Shown here: positions 37,800-48,227 of the stretch, piece after piece
Numbering within the stretch: position 1 is the stretch's first letter
Layout of the letters: every line of letters begins with the position of its first letter
Assembly (NCBI GenBank): GCA_002307135.1
Contig: DBTQ01000001.1
Location: 40,769-104,768 of the forward strand
Reading direction: 5' to 3'
Length of the DNA: 64,000 bases
DNA from: Bacteroidetes bacterium UBA1312
Lineage (GTDB): Bacteria; Bacteroidota; Bacteroidia; Chitinophagales; Chitinophagaceae
Notes under the pieces: model-generated
Seen by the model: the letters and a program-made list of their open reading frames with translations, nothing else
Databases searched by the model: none
What the model was told of the DNA's origin: nothing
Program-made: the position numbers and the translations under genes

Positions 37800-40082
37800 A
37801 TGAAAATTATTATTTACTTGTCGCTTTGCTGCTTTTGTCTGTTAACATTAGATGTTTCTGCACAATTTCAAGGTCATGTTTATCTTGAGGACTCGTCTAT
37901 TATTGTTAATGCTGCAGGTAAACAAAAAACATTAGCATGGTGTGGTGGTTTAAATAATCCACAATTTTCAGCTGCGGATTTAAACCATGACGGTTTAAAT
38001 GATCTTGTTCTTTTTCAGAAAGACCAATATGAAGTACTGACATTTATCAATTATGGTACTGCTGGCAATCCAGATTATCGTTATCGACCCTCTTATGCAA
38101 AGAATTTTCCGGTTTGTAATGATTACTTAGTGCTTAAAGATTATAATCGCGATAGCGTTCCTGATTTATTTCAACGAGGAGTAGCAGGAATATCTGCCTA
38201 CAGAGGTTATTATAATTCTTCAAATGAGTTGTGTTTTACTTTCTACAAGGACTTGTATTATAATAACAATAGTAAATTTCATGGAGCATCATTAAATGCT
38301 TATGTTAATCCGGGTGATATTCCTGCAATCGTAGATGTTGATAATGATGGTGATTTAGATTTTTTGGCCTATGATGTTGATGGGATTTTTATGTCTTGGT
38401 TTCAGAATGCGCAAGTAGAGACAGGAGCACCTAAAGATTCAATTATAGTAAAGGTAAGAGATCAGTGTTGGGGGAAAATGGCACAATTAGCCTTACGGAC
38501 ACATACATTAAATCAATCCTGTGATAACTCTTATTTACTCAAACTTGGTTCAGGCAGTACGGCTAAAGTTACTGATGGCGGTAATTCGCCGTGTTTGATT
38601 GATATGGATGGAGATGGAGACTACGATGTTTTAGACGGACATCGTGCATTTAATACAATTGTATATCTGAAAAATGGAAGAATAGAATATAGCTCTAAGG
38701 ACAGTATGGTATCTCAGGACACTACTTGGACAACCTTGGGAGATACAGTTCAAATTGCTCAGTGGGCGGGAGCCTTTCATTGCGATATTAATCAAGACGG
38801 TATTAGAGATTTAATTCTTACACCAAATTCGTATGCTGCGTCTGAGGATTACAAGTGTATTAAATATTATAAAAATATTGGTACAGATAAAGTGCCTTCA
38901 TTTCAATATCAATCAGACACATTCTTAGTAGAAAACGCAATAGATGCTGGTAGTGGCTCGTACCCTTTTTTGTATGATTATAATAAAGATGGTAAACCTG
39001 ATTTGTTTGTTGGTTCAAAAGGGTACTATGAAAAGTCAACCGGTCAGTACATTTCCCGCATACTCTACTTTCAGAATACAAGTACACCGGGCAATCCTTC
39101 CTTTTCTCTCATTACTAATGACTTTTTAGGGCTTTCCATAAAACGATACAAAGGGATTTCTATTGGTATTGGAGATATTGATAATGATGGCATGGACGAT
39201 CTGTTATTGGGACATGTTGATGGTACTGTCGATTATATTCTAAATACAGTAGGGTCTTCAACAAGCCAGCCTAACTGGAGTACATTTCCTCAAAATCTCC
39301 TTGATGCTGTGGGTGCAAAGGTGCAGACAAGTGCCTATTCTGTACCGTTAGTCTATGATATGAATAAAGACGGGCATAATGATCTTATTCTTGGAGACCA
39401 AACAGGTTACATTTATTATTATCAGAACGTAAGTTTTGCTTCAGGAACGATTAATCTTAGATATACAAATAATCAATTGGGTTTGGCGAAGTCAGATCCG
39501 AGTAAACCTTATACAGGGTATAGCACACCTTTTATTGGTAAAATGGATAATACCGGTATCGAATATCTGATGATGGGTAGCCGTTCTGGCAGAATCTTCA
39601 GATACACAGGTTTCCAAGCTGGTTATACTTCAGTTACTTACCCGATTATGGATAGTTCTTATTCTTATATACTCGATTATGGCAACCCCGCTAATTCATA
39701 TATGTCTGCACCTGCAATCGCAGATATTGACGGAGATGGTAAATATGAAATGATTGTAGGTAACGTTTATGGTGGGTTATTTCTGTATAAACAAGCACTT
39801 ATATTGGGTATAGAAGAAACGCAAGTTCCTAATAAAAGGCTTTTGTTATTCCCCAATCCTGCGAAAAATGATTTGAATATAGCACTTGACCAAGTACGAA
39901 TAGATAAGGATGCTTCTGTTTCGATATATAACAATATGGGTCAGCTAGTTATGTTGCAACAAGGTTTTGCAGACCCACTTAATATAAAATTAGATATTTC
40001 ACAATTGCCTGTCTCTGTTTATTTATGTGTTTTAAAATCAGGTAACGAACAGTATAATTCGGTTTTTGTGAAGAAAAATTAA
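37800..40082 (+). CDS. FG-GAP/VCBS-repeat beta-propeller protein with T9SS C-terminal sorting domain (type A)
   Basis: Signal peptide, then seven D-x-[DN]-x-D-G-x-x-D-like repeats (DVDNDGDLDF, DMDGDGDYDV, DINQDGIRDL, DYNKDGKPDL, DIDNDGMDDL, DMNKDGHNDL, DIDGDGKYEM). C-terminal LLLFPNPAKNDLNI...IYNNMGQLV is a Por_Secre_tail/TIGR04183-like domain. Confidence 0.8.
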   Translation: MKIIIYLSLCCFCLLTLDVSAQFQGHVYLEDSSIIVNAAGKQKTLAWCGGLNNPQFSAADLNHDGLNDLVLFQKDQYEVLTFINYGTAGNPDYRYRPSYAKNFPVCNDYLVLKDYNRDSVPDLFQRGVAGISAYRGYYNSSNELCFTFYKDLYYNNNSKFHGASLNAYVNPGDIPAIVDVDNDGDLDFLAYDVDGIFMSWFQNAQVETGAPKDSIIVKVRDQCWGKMAQLALRTHTLNQSCDNSYLLKLGSGSTAKVTDGGNSPCLIDMDGDGDYDVLDGHRAFNTIVYLKNGRIEYSSKDSMVSQDTTWTTLGDTVQIAQWAGAFHCDINQDGIRDLILTPNSYAASEDYKCIKYYKNIGTDKVPSFQYQSDTFLVENAIDAGSGSYPFLYDYNKDGKPDLFVGSKGYYEKSTGQYISRILYFQNTSTPGNPSFSLITNDFLGLSIKRYKGISIGIGDIDNDGMDDLLLGHVDGTVDYILNTVGSSTSQPNWSTFPQNLLDAVGAKVQTSAYSVPLVYDMNKDGHNDLILGDQTGYIYYYQNVSFASGTINLRYTNNQLGLAKSDPSKPYTGYSTPFIGKMDNTGIEYLMMGSRSGRIFRYTGFQAGYTSVTYPIMDSSYSYILDYGNPANSYMSAPAIADIDGDGKYEMIVGNVYGGLFLYKQALILGIEETQVPNKRLLLFPNPAKNDLNIALDQVRIDKDASVSIYNNMGQLVMLQQGFADPLNIKLDISQLPVSVYLCVLKSGNEQYNSVFVKKN

Positions 40083-40233
40083 CAATAACTCTTTTTTGAT
40101 TAGTAGGATATATATAGTAATTAAAATGTTTTGACGAGTAATTTCTTTTTTTCAAAAAAACGGTCTAATTTTAAGGTCGTTTTAACTACCAACCCGAATT
40201 TGGCTACTAACCCAAGTTGAAAAGTATAAAAAT

Positions 40234-43200
40234 ATGATCAAGATGAATACTAAACTTATAACCACACCTCGAAACCTTTATTCATTTGGTAAAAAATTGT
40301 TGTGTGCATTGGTATTGTTGCTGAGCATTCATAGCGAAGTATCTGCACAATGGATTAAAGTTGGTTCTGGCCTATTGCAAGCAAATACCAGTACAACTTA
40401 CCCAACTCCTTTTGGTAATACCAATAAGGGGCAACGTGCTCAGTATTTGTATTATGCATCGGATTTAATTAGTGCGGGTATAAAACCAGGCTGGATTGAT
40501 TCTTTAGGTTTCAAAATACTTAATCTGAATGCTACTAATATCTATTCAAATTTGAATTTTTATGTTGGAACTGTTTCCCCAACAGCTGTAACAGCGCTTG
40601 GCACAGGTGCAGCACCTTGGCTTACATTACCACTTCGTTATTCTTCTGGCGCGTTATCAATTTATCCTAACTTAGGATGGAATAATTTTGGATTTTCCGC
40701 ACCATTGTATTGGAATGGAACGGATAATATTGTTGTAGGTACCTGCTTTGGGGGTACTACTTTTTCAACGAACGCGTCAGTACAATGGGATTCTATTTTA
40801 AATGTAAACAATGTTTCAAGAACTTATGCCAGTTCGGCTGGAGATGTATCTACTATATGTGGGTTGGCAAGTTCTACGGAATCAGGGACAATTAAACGTC
40901 GTCCTAATGTCGCTTTTTTTACCCATCGTAATGCTTGTACCGGTAAACCAACTGCGGGTAGAGCAGTTGCTAATGGAGATACAACCGGTGGATTTACATA
41001 TTGTATTTTAGATGATAGTTTTGCATTAAGTCTTATCCACAATAGTTTGGATTCTGGTCTTTCTTTTCAATGGCAATTAGCTACATCTGCTACGGGACCT
41101 TGGACTAATTTAGGTGCAGCATCGACATCACTTATTAACATCAATACGAAAGGCCAAACGGTTAACACCTATTACCGATGTGTACTTACTTGTTTAGTGA
41201 GTGGTCTTAAAGATACTTCTATAAAAGTTTTGGTGGCCATGGCTCCTGCTTATCGTTGTGATTGTGCTTCTGCATCATTGGATGCTACACAAGAGAAAAT
41301 TCTTAATGTTTCATTGAATACCATGTTTAATAGTACACCATGTGGGTTAACTGCTGGTTATTATGTGGATTCTACAAGAATGATTTTCCCTACCAGTCTA
41401 GAACCAGGTAGCACATATTCGCTAACAGTTAGACTAGGGTCATGTGATACATTTAGCAGAAGCAGAGCAGTAAAGGTATTTATAGACTTTAATCAAAATG
41501 CTGTTTATGAAGTGTCTGAGATGGTATATGCAAATGCATATAGTTCTTTCCAACCTAATCCTCAGAATGCAACCGGTACATTTGTAGTGCCATCTACAGC
41601 CAAAGTAGGTAGGACTGCTATGCGTATTGTTTATGCACAGACCACTTCATTGTCGTCCGTTACTCCATGCGGTACTTATGCACATGGTGAAACTCAAGAT
41701 TATGCTGTTAAAATATTACCATTTGGTAAACCAACGGTTACGGGTCGTTTGGAAGTTTGTCAGTATGACTCGGTAGTTATGAATGCATTTAGTAATGCAG
41801 ATACCCCTGTAGTATTTAATTGGACTGGTCCAGGAGGTTTTACAGGAGTAGGACCTAAAATTACATTTACAAATGCTGACCCATCATTGTCCGGTACTTA
41901 TCATGTAACGGCAACCTCAGGAGGTATTACCTCTTCTGCCGCGGATGTGATTGTAATAGTACACCCTAAACCCCCAGTGCCAAATGTATTGAATCAAAAT
42001 ATGTGTCAATACGAATCGCCAAGTCAATTGATAACAGATGGTACACATGTTATTTGGTATAATGTGCCAGTCGGCGGATTCGGTGATACGATAGCGCCAA
42101 CAATGGTTACTTATACGCCAAATACTGCAACTTTTTATCTCACACAAACAGTCTTCGGCTGTACAAGTGATAGAGGAATGGTTAAAGTAAGTGTATTGTT
42201 GAAACCATCTCCACCAGTTGTTACATCTCCAGTTACTTATTGCCAACTTCAGGATCCAGATTTAGTAGCAAAAGGAACAAATTTAAAATGGTATTTAGAT
42301 TCTGCGGGCGGAGTTCCAAGTGTGATTAGTCCAATACCGCCAACAGGTTTCCCTGCTGTGGTTACTTACTATGTAAGTCAAACAATTAATGGGTGTGAAA
42401 GTGATAGAGCAAGGGTTACGGTATATATATATGAGCAACCTAATGGTATTATCATACAGACTAAGAAATATGTATGTCAATATGATACCGCTAGCTTTAT
42501 TTATTATGGTAATGCCCCAGTATCATATATCTACAAATGGTGGTCAGAAGATGGATATCCATTGATAAGCGGTGGTGGTCAAGGACCAGTAACATATAGA
42601 TTTAATACCGCAGGCGATCATATTATCAGTTTGTATGTCAATAATGGAAATTGCGCGACATCTAAAATATCTGATACTATTACTGTTCGACCAGCGCCAA
42701 CAGCGGTTATTGACCCAACCTTGAATGCATGTATCAATGTCCCTGTTAGTATTACGATGGATACTGCAACCCCAAATATTAGTAATTATAACTGGAATTG
42801 GGATGGTGGAACACTAGATTATGAAGCACAGAATGGCGGTCCTTATGGTGTAAAATGGTCAACCCCCGGTCAGAAAATACTTACATTAGTAGTAACTGCC
42901 CGGACTTGTAACTCATTGCCTATTTATGATACGCTTATGGTAAATAATAAACCGGATATTGCGATTCATACAAGTCAAATAGTTGGCGGAAATGATACAA
43001 TTTCTTATACTGGTACAGTATGCTCAAGAGATACACTTTACTTCTATACTAGATATGATTCAACATTCCAGTATAAATGGTCACCAAGTTATTATTTCAA
43101 TGTGAAAAATACTTATCAAGCATCTGATAGAATGTACGTTCCTGGATTTATTCGTGTGGACGTTGAAAATCAATTCGGTTGCTTAAATTCAGATAGTGTT

Positions 43201-43500
43201 TACATCAATGTTCAACCTTGCTGTGAACTTTATATGCCGACTGCATTTACTCCCAATGGAGATAACAATAATGATTTATTCCGACCTGTTACCGTCGGAC
43301 GTCAGGAAATTATTACCTTCCGTATTGTAAATAGATGGGGTAATGAAGTTTTTGAAAGCGCAACAAGCGACAATAGAGGATGGGACGGTACTTATGGAGG
43401 TAAGCCTCAGGATTTAGGTGTTTACAACTACTATATTAAATATCGATGCCTAGACGGTAATGTTTACGAAAAGAAAGGTGATGTGACGCTCATTCGATAG
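40234..43500 (+). CDS. Large secreted multi-Ig-like-domain protein with T9SS type B (gliding-motility-associated) C-terminal domain
   Basis: Signal peptide. A GEVED-like motif (YAHGETQDYAVKILP). Repeated ~80-aa modules that end in GC-x-SDR. C-terminal QPCCELYMPTAFTPNGDNNNDLFRPV matches the TIGR04131-type CTD-B consensus (PN-FTPNGDG-ND). Confidence 0.8.
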   Translation: MIKMNTKLITTPRNLYSFGKKLLCALVLLLSIHSEVSAQWIKVGSGLLQANTSTTYPTPFGNTNKGQRAQYLYYASDLISAGIKPGWIDSLGFKILNLNATNIYSNLNFYVGTVSPTAVTALGTGAAPWLTLPLRYSSGALSIYPNLGWNNFGFSAPLYWNGTDNIVVGTCFGGTTFSTNASVQWDSILNVNNVSRTYASSAGDVSTICGLASSTESGTIKRRPNVAFFTHRNACTGKPTAGRAVANGDTTGGFTYCILDDSFALSLIHNSLDSGLSFQWQLATSATGPWTNLGAASTSLININTKGQTVNTYYRCVLTCLVSGLKDTSIKVLVAMAPAYRCDCASASLDATQEKILNVSLNTMFNSTPCGLTAGYYVDSTRMIFPTSLEPGSTYSLTVRLGSCDTFSRSRAVKVFIDFNQNAVYEVSEMVYANAYSSFQPNPQNATGTFVVPSTAKVGRTAMRIVYAQTTSLSSVTPCGTYAHGETQDYAVKILPFGKPTVTGRLEVCQYDSVVMNAFSNADTPVVFNWTGPGGFTGVGPKITFTNADPSLSGTYHVTATSGGITSSAADVIVIVHPKPPVPNVLNQNMCQYESPSQLITDGTHVIWYNVPVGGFGDTIAPTMVTYTPNTATFYLTQTVFGCTSDRGMVKVSVLLKPSPPVVTSPVTYCQLQDPDLVAKGTNLKWYLDSAGGVPSVISPIPPTGFPAVVTYYVSQTINGCESDRARVTVYIYEQPNGIIIQTKKYVCQYDTASFIYYGNAPVSYIYKWWSEDGYPLISGGGQGPVTYRFNTAGDHIISLYVNNGNCATSKISDTITVRPAPTAVIDPTLNACINVPVSITMDTATPNISNYNWNWDGGTLDYEAQNGGPYGVKWSTPGQKILTLVVTARTCNSLPIYDTLMVNNKPDIAIHTSQIVGGNDTISYTGTVCSRDTLYFYTRYDSTFQYKWSPSYYFNVKNTYQASDRMYVPGFIRVDVENQFGCLNSDSVYINVQPCCELYMPTAFTPNGDNNNDLFRPVTVGRQEIITFRIVNRWGNEVFESATSDNRGWDGTYGGKPQDLGVYNYYIKYRCLDGNVYEKKGDVTLIR

Positions 43501-43534
43501 TAGTAAAAATCAAAAGACAATAGAAATTTAAAAC

Positions 43535-43566
43535 AAATAGGTCGACAAAATTTTGTCGACCTATTT
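43535..43566 (+). terminator. Rho-independent terminator downstream of the T9SS type B cargo gene
   Basis: AAATAGGTCGACAAAATTTTGTCGACCTATTT, a perfect hairpin. Confidence 0.65.
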
Positions 43567-43605
43567 TGCAATTAATAGTTAACTTCATCCGTAAAATATA
43601 ATCCG

Positions 43606-44538
43606 ATGATTGTTTTGAAAACTAAATCAGCTAAATTTTTGATTGGAATATTGCTCATAGCTGTGTCAGTGTTTGCAACAATTGCATTTAAAAAAACAAA
43701 TGATGCTGAGGAGCTTGTTGAATTTAAGCAAGATGGACGATTGCAATATAAATGGTATGCCCCGCAAATACCTGCAACAATGGACTTCGCTAATGAATCC
43801 GTTCCATTGGATAGATGGGAGGTGCGTGAAAGGTTGGATCGGGAACTGCTAATGAATTACTATATGCATGGTTCCTTGATGTACATACTCAAATTATCAT
43901 CAAGACAATTCCCGATTATTGAACAGGAACTAAAGTTGAATGGGATACCTGATGATTTCAAATATCTTTGTGTCGCAGAAAGTAGCCTCCAAAATTTGTC
44001 GTCACCCGCAGGCGCACAAGGTTATTGGCAGTTTATGAAAGACACTGGACCTACTTATGGACTTGAAATAAATAATGAGGTTGATGAGCGTTATCATTTG
44101 AAAAAAGCAACTGCTGCTGCATGTAAATACTTTTTGCAGGCATACAATAAATTCGGCTCGTGGACGGCTGCGGCCGCATCTTATAATTGCGGTATGGGAG
44201 GATATAATACTCAGATTACTTACCAAGGAAGTAATAATTATTATGATCTGGCATTGCCTGAGGAAACGGCTCGTTATGTTTATCGTATTTTAGCTTTTAA
44301 AAATTTGATAAGTACGGCAAATAAATGGGGTTATATTTTACAGAATGGGGATACCTATAAACCGATAAAGACGAGAATAGTAAAGGTAGATACCACCATT
44401 TCAAATTTGGCTGATTTTGCGAAAGCGAATGGGAGTAGTTATAAAATATTGAAATTACTGAATCCTTGGCTTCGTGCACATACTTTGCCCGCCAAATCGG
44501 GAAAGACATACGAAATAGAGTTTCCATTTAATTCGTAA
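43606..44538 (+). CDS. Lytic transglycosylase domain protein (SLT/MltD-like)
   Basis: Signal anchor plus an SLT motif (CVAESSLQNLSSPAGAQGYWQFMKDTG, i.e. E-S...A-G-A-x-G-[LY]-[WM]-Q). Confidence 0.75.
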   Translation: MIVLKTKSAKFLIGILLIAVSVFATIAFKKTNDAEELVEFKQDGRLQYKWYAPQIPATMDFANESVPLDRWEVRERLDRELLMNYYMHGSLMYILKLSSRQFPIIEQELKLNGIPDDFKYLCVAESSLQNLSSPAGAQGYWQFMKDTGPTYGLEINNEVDERYHLKKATAAACKYFLQAYNKFGSWTAAAASYNCGMGGYNTQITYQGSNNYYDLALPEETARYVYRILAFKNLISTANKWGYILQNGDTYKPIKTRIVKVDTTISNLADFAKANGSSYKILKLLNPWLRAHTLPAKSGKTYEIEFPFNS

Positions 44539-44595
44539 TAATACCCGATTCATCAACTATAAGCATTAAAAGGTTTTAAAACCGGCAACATTATA

Positions 44596-45348
44596 ATGGC
44601 TAAAATATTCCCGCTTTCTGAGGGTACTTTTACAATTGGACACGATAAAAATTTTATTCCTTTTAATGAGGAAAAGGATATTCTTCAAGAGCGTTCTACA
44701 GGTTCATTATTGGTAGAAATACAGCCATTTTTGATCGACACAGGTAAAGATCTGATTGTGCTCGATACTGGTTTAGGATTTACTAATGATCATGGCGAAT
44801 TGCAAATACACGCTAATATTCGTAAGTGTGGTTACGAACCCGATGAAGTATCAAAAGTGTTGTTATCACACTTGCATAAAGATCATGCCAGTGGTGCCAT
44901 GTTTGATAATGGATATGGTATGGACGTAATTACGTTCCCGAATGCAACCTATTATATCTACCGACCTGAGGCTGATTTTGCATTACAAAAGGGCGCTCCT
45001 TCATATAGTCCTATACAATTGGAATCTTTATTAGTTTCACAACAAATAGTTTGGCTTGACGGACCCGATGGAATGATAGATGGTTATATTAGGTTTACAC
45101 ATTCTGGTGGGCATTGTCCAGAACATATTGTGTATTTGATTGATGATGGGTATGATAAAGTCTTTTTTGGCGGAGATGAGGCACCTCAATATAAGCAAGT
45201 GAAAATGAAATATGTTGCCAAATATGATTATGATGGGAAAAAAGCAATGGCTTTGAGAGAGCAATATGCGGAAATTGGAAGAAAAGAAGGTTGGAAATTT
45301 TTATTTTATCATGATGTAAATACACCTATTTCTACAATTAATTTTTAA
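44596..45348 (+). CDS. MBL-fold metallo-hydrolase
   Basis: LSHLHKDHASGA matches the HxHxDH metal-binding motif. 250 aa. Confidence 0.8.
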   Translation: MAKIFPLSEGTFTIGHDKNFIPFNEEKDILQERSTGSLLVEIQPFLIDTGKDLIVLDTGLGFTNDHGELQIHANIRKCGYEPDEVSKVLLSHLHKDHASGAMFDNGYGMDVITFPNATYYIYRPEADFALQKGAPSYSPIQLESLLVSQQIVWLDGPDGMIDGYIRFTHSGGHCPEHIVYLIDDGYDKVFFGGDEAPQYKQVKMKYVAKYDYDGKKAMALREQYAEIGRKEGWKFLFYHDVNTPISTINF

Positions 45349-45375
45349 CTATATTATTTGCTCTAATTTCAATAC

Positions 45376-46626
45376 ATGACGCTCAATTATATTTGGATTT
45401 GTTTTTTTCTTGTAGGATTTACTGTGGCTCTATATAAAGCCATTTTCCTTGGTCAGGCGGATTTGTTTGGCACAATGCTCAATAATCTATTCGATAGTTC
45501 AAAAACTGGTTTTGAAATATCAATTGGTTTGGCAGGAGTGATGTCGCTTTGGTTAGGTATCATGAAAATAGGAGAAAGAGCTGGTTTGATTAACTTGTTT
45601 GCTAAAGGTGTTGCTCCGTTTTTTAGAACATTATTTAAAGGCGTTCCTAAAGATCATCCTGCGTATGGAAGTATGACGATGAATTTTTCGGCGAACATGC
45701 TTGGCTTAGATAATGCCGCTACGCCGCTTGGGCTTACTGCCATGAAAGATTTGCAAAGTATCAACCCTAATAAGGATACGGCAAGTGATGCTCAAATTAT
45801 GTTTTTGGTGCTTAATACGGCAGGAGTTACACTTATTCCAACATCAGTGATTGCCATGCGGCAATCATTAGCGATCAAGGAAGGACTCACCAATTTCAAT
45901 GCCGCGGATATTTTTTTACCAACACTTATTGCCACATTCATTGCATTTATTACCGGAATGATAATGGTGTCTATTTTTCAGCGGATTAATTTATTTAAGC
46001 TCCCTGTATTGTTGTTTGTCGGCTTTTTTGTAACCATTATCATCGGGACTTATAAATTACTATCACAGTTGCCTCCTGAAGAGATGAGCCGAAAGATTGG
46101 TGCGATTGGTAGTGGTTTTATATTATTTATTGTCATTCTGTTCATTGCTGCAGGAGCAATTCGAAAACAAAATGTGTATGATAATTTTATTGAAGGAGCT
46201 AAAGAAGGTTTTAATACTTCTATTCGGATTGTTCCTTATTTGATAGCAATGCTGTTGGCAATAAGTGTTTTTCGGACTTCAGGATGCATGGATTATTTGG
46301 TTCAAGGTATTGCAAATGTGGTAGCTGCATGTGGCCTCAATACAGACTTTGTACCGGTTATCCCTATAGGACTAATGAAGCCACTTAGCGGAAGTGGCGC
46401 ACGAGGTTTGATGGTGGATGTAATAACCAAGTATGGTGTCAATTCATTTCAAGGTAAGCTAGCTGCAATACTACAAGGGACTACTGAAACTACTTTTTAT
46501 GTGCTCGCGGTTTATTTTGGAAGTGTTGATATAAAAAACTCCCGACACGCACTTGTATGTGGTTTAATCGCAGATTTTGCCGGATTTACGGCTGCTATCA
46601 TTATAGCTTATACCTTCTTTCATTAA
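45376..46626 (+). CDS. Nucleoside recognition (Gate) domain membrane protein (SpmA/SpmB-like fusion)
   Basis: Two repeated hydrophobic halves of ~200 aa each with Gate-domain-like glycine-rich loops. Moderate confidence, from memory of this family's architecture. Confidence 0.5.
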   Translation: MTLNYIWICFFLVGFTVALYKAIFLGQADLFGTMLNNLFDSSKTGFEISIGLAGVMSLWLGIMKIGERAGLINLFAKGVAPFFRTLFKGVPKDHPAYGSMTMNFSANMLGLDNAATPLGLTAMKDLQSINPNKDTASDAQIMFLVLNTAGVTLIPTSVIAMRQSLAIKEGLTNFNAADIFLPTLIATFIAFITGMIMVSIFQRINLFKLPVLLFVGFFVTIIIGTYKLLSQLPPEEMSRKIGAIGSGFILFIVILFIAAGAIRKQNVYDNFIEGAKEGFNTSIRIVPYLIAMLLAISVFRTSGCMDYLVQGIANVVAACGLNTDFVPVIPIGLMKPLSGSGARGLMVDVITKYGVNSFQGKLAAILQGTTETTFYVLAVYFGSVDIKNSRHALVCGLIADFAGFTAAIIIAYTFFH

Positions 46627-46839
46627 TTAGTTTTGAAAGGACTACTTCGTTTGTTTTAGTTAGGCTTTAGCTGTTGGATAATCCATTTGGCTTTGTTTTT
46701 TATGAAACGGATTAGCTTAAGCCTGTCAAAAAAACAATGAATTAAGCTCATTTAGTGAAAAAAGTGGGGATAAAATTAACCTTTGAAATAGACATGCTTG
46801 CAATCATCCCATTAACTTCGCAACAGAAAAACATTCCAA

Positions 46840-47493
46840 ATGAAATTTTTTATTGATACAGCCAATCTCGCTCAAATTAAAGAAGCAAATGACTTAGGTA
46901 TTTTGGATGGTGTAACTACCAATCCGTCGTTAATGGCAAAAGAAGGTATTAGTGGTACCGACAATATTATGAATCATTATCGTGCTATCTGCGAGTTGGT
47001 AGATGGCCCCGTAAGTGCAGAAGTATTGTCCGTTGACTTTGATGGTATTATTGCTGAAGGTAAAATTCTTGCGGCATTGCATCCGAATATAGTAGTAAAG
47101 GTGCCGATGATAAAGGATGGTATTAAAGCTATAAAATGGTTTACGGATAATGATATTCAAACAAATTGTACGCTTGTATTTTCTGCTGGTCAGGCCATAT
47201 TAGCAGCTAAGGCAGGAGCTACTTATGTATCCCCATTCATTGGTCGAATTGACGATAGTAGTTGGGATGGAGTAACATTAATTGAGCAGATCGTAAATGT
47301 ATATAACACGCAAGGTTTTATGACTGAAGTGTTAGCTGCATCAATTCGCAATCCGTTGCATATTGTACGTTGCGCAGAAGCGGGTGCAGATGTTTGTACT
47401 TGCCCATTAACTTCAATTCTTGGTTTATTGAAGCACCCATTGACAGATATAGGGTTGGCTCAATTTCTGAAAGATGCACAGTCAATGAAATAA
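46840..47493 (+). CDS. fsa: Fructose-6-phosphate aldolase / short-type transaldolase
   Basis: MKFFIDTANLAQIKEANDLGILDGVTTNPSL is the Tal/Fsa subfamily 3B N-terminus. The Schiff-base Lys lies in VVKVPMIKDG. 217 aa. Confidence 0.85.
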   Translation: MKFFIDTANLAQIKEANDLGILDGVTTNPSLMAKEGISGTDNIMNHYRAICELVDGPVSAEVLSVDFDGIIAEGKILAALHPNIVVKVPMIKDGIKAIKWFTDNDIQTNCTLVFSAGQAILAAKAGATYVSPFIGRIDDSSWDGVTLIEQIVNVYNTQGFMTEVLAASIRNPLHIVRCAEAGADVCTCPLTSILGLLKHPLTDIGLAQFLKDAQSMK

Positions 47494-47519
47494 TTTATTT
47501 AAAAAACGACATTAAAAAA

Positions 47520-47548
47520 CCACTCGATTATTGAGTGGTTTTTTATTT
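47520..47548 (+). terminator. Rho-independent terminator downstream of fsa
   Basis: CCACTCGATTATTGAGTGG followed by TTTTTTATTT. Confidence 0.7.
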
Positions 47549-47576
47549 AATTAAGTTTGCTAGAATAAAGTGAAAT

Positions 47577-48227
47577 ATGCAAAATAAAATTGATCAACCA
47601 AATTCTGGTCATTGGGAAAATGTGCTCCTGAATGATTTGTCTTTTATTAAAAAGCATTTGCGATACCCTATTAATCGCAGAACAATTTTTTTTGTATTGG
47701 GTATATTGGGTTCTGGTTCTGTCTTAGTTTGGTTGTGTAGTTTGTTCTTAAGCGGAATACTCAGGCATTTCGCATATTCTAAAATTGCCACAAATGACTT
47801 GCTGGCTTTAATAGCGATGGCACTTTTCGTTTTCACAATTCTATCATTGATTTATCGACGTATTAAAAACCTTCGATTCATTAGCATCTCAAATGATTAT
47901 TTTATACAGGATAATATCATGTTGTTACAACAGTTTTTGGAACATCAACAACTTGCATTTTATCATCACCCGAACGCACCTGAAGTTTTTCAGATTGCAA
48001 GCAGGATATTGGAACCTCAATATGAACTTAGAGAAATAATGGTTTTTATTGCTGATGATAAACGAATATTAGTGAATAATCACTTTACATCTAATTTGGG
48101 AGACAAGAGTATGAAATCAATGACGAGCAACGAACATCGTAAAATGGCTAAAGCATTGAAACTATGGATGGACAACCATTTTGTCAAACAGAGTGCTCAA
48201 TTCAATTTGAAAGTAATGGGTAAATAA
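47577..48227 (+). CDS. Hypothetical membrane protein
   Basis: Two TM helices after ~35 aa, then a ~120 aa soluble C-terminal domain. No family recognised. The 3' end overlaps the convergent tonB by 31 nt. Confidence 0.4.
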   Translation: MQNKIDQPNSGHWENVLLNDLSFIKKHLRYPINRRTIFFVLGILGSGSVLVWLCSLFLSGILRHFAYSKIATNDLLALIAMALFVFTILSLIYRRIKNLRFISISNDYFIQDNIMLLQQFLEHQQLAFYHHPNAPEVFQIASRILEPQYELREIMVFIADDKRILVNNHFTSNLGDKSMKSMTSNEHRKMAKALKLWMDNHFVKQSAQFNLKVMGK

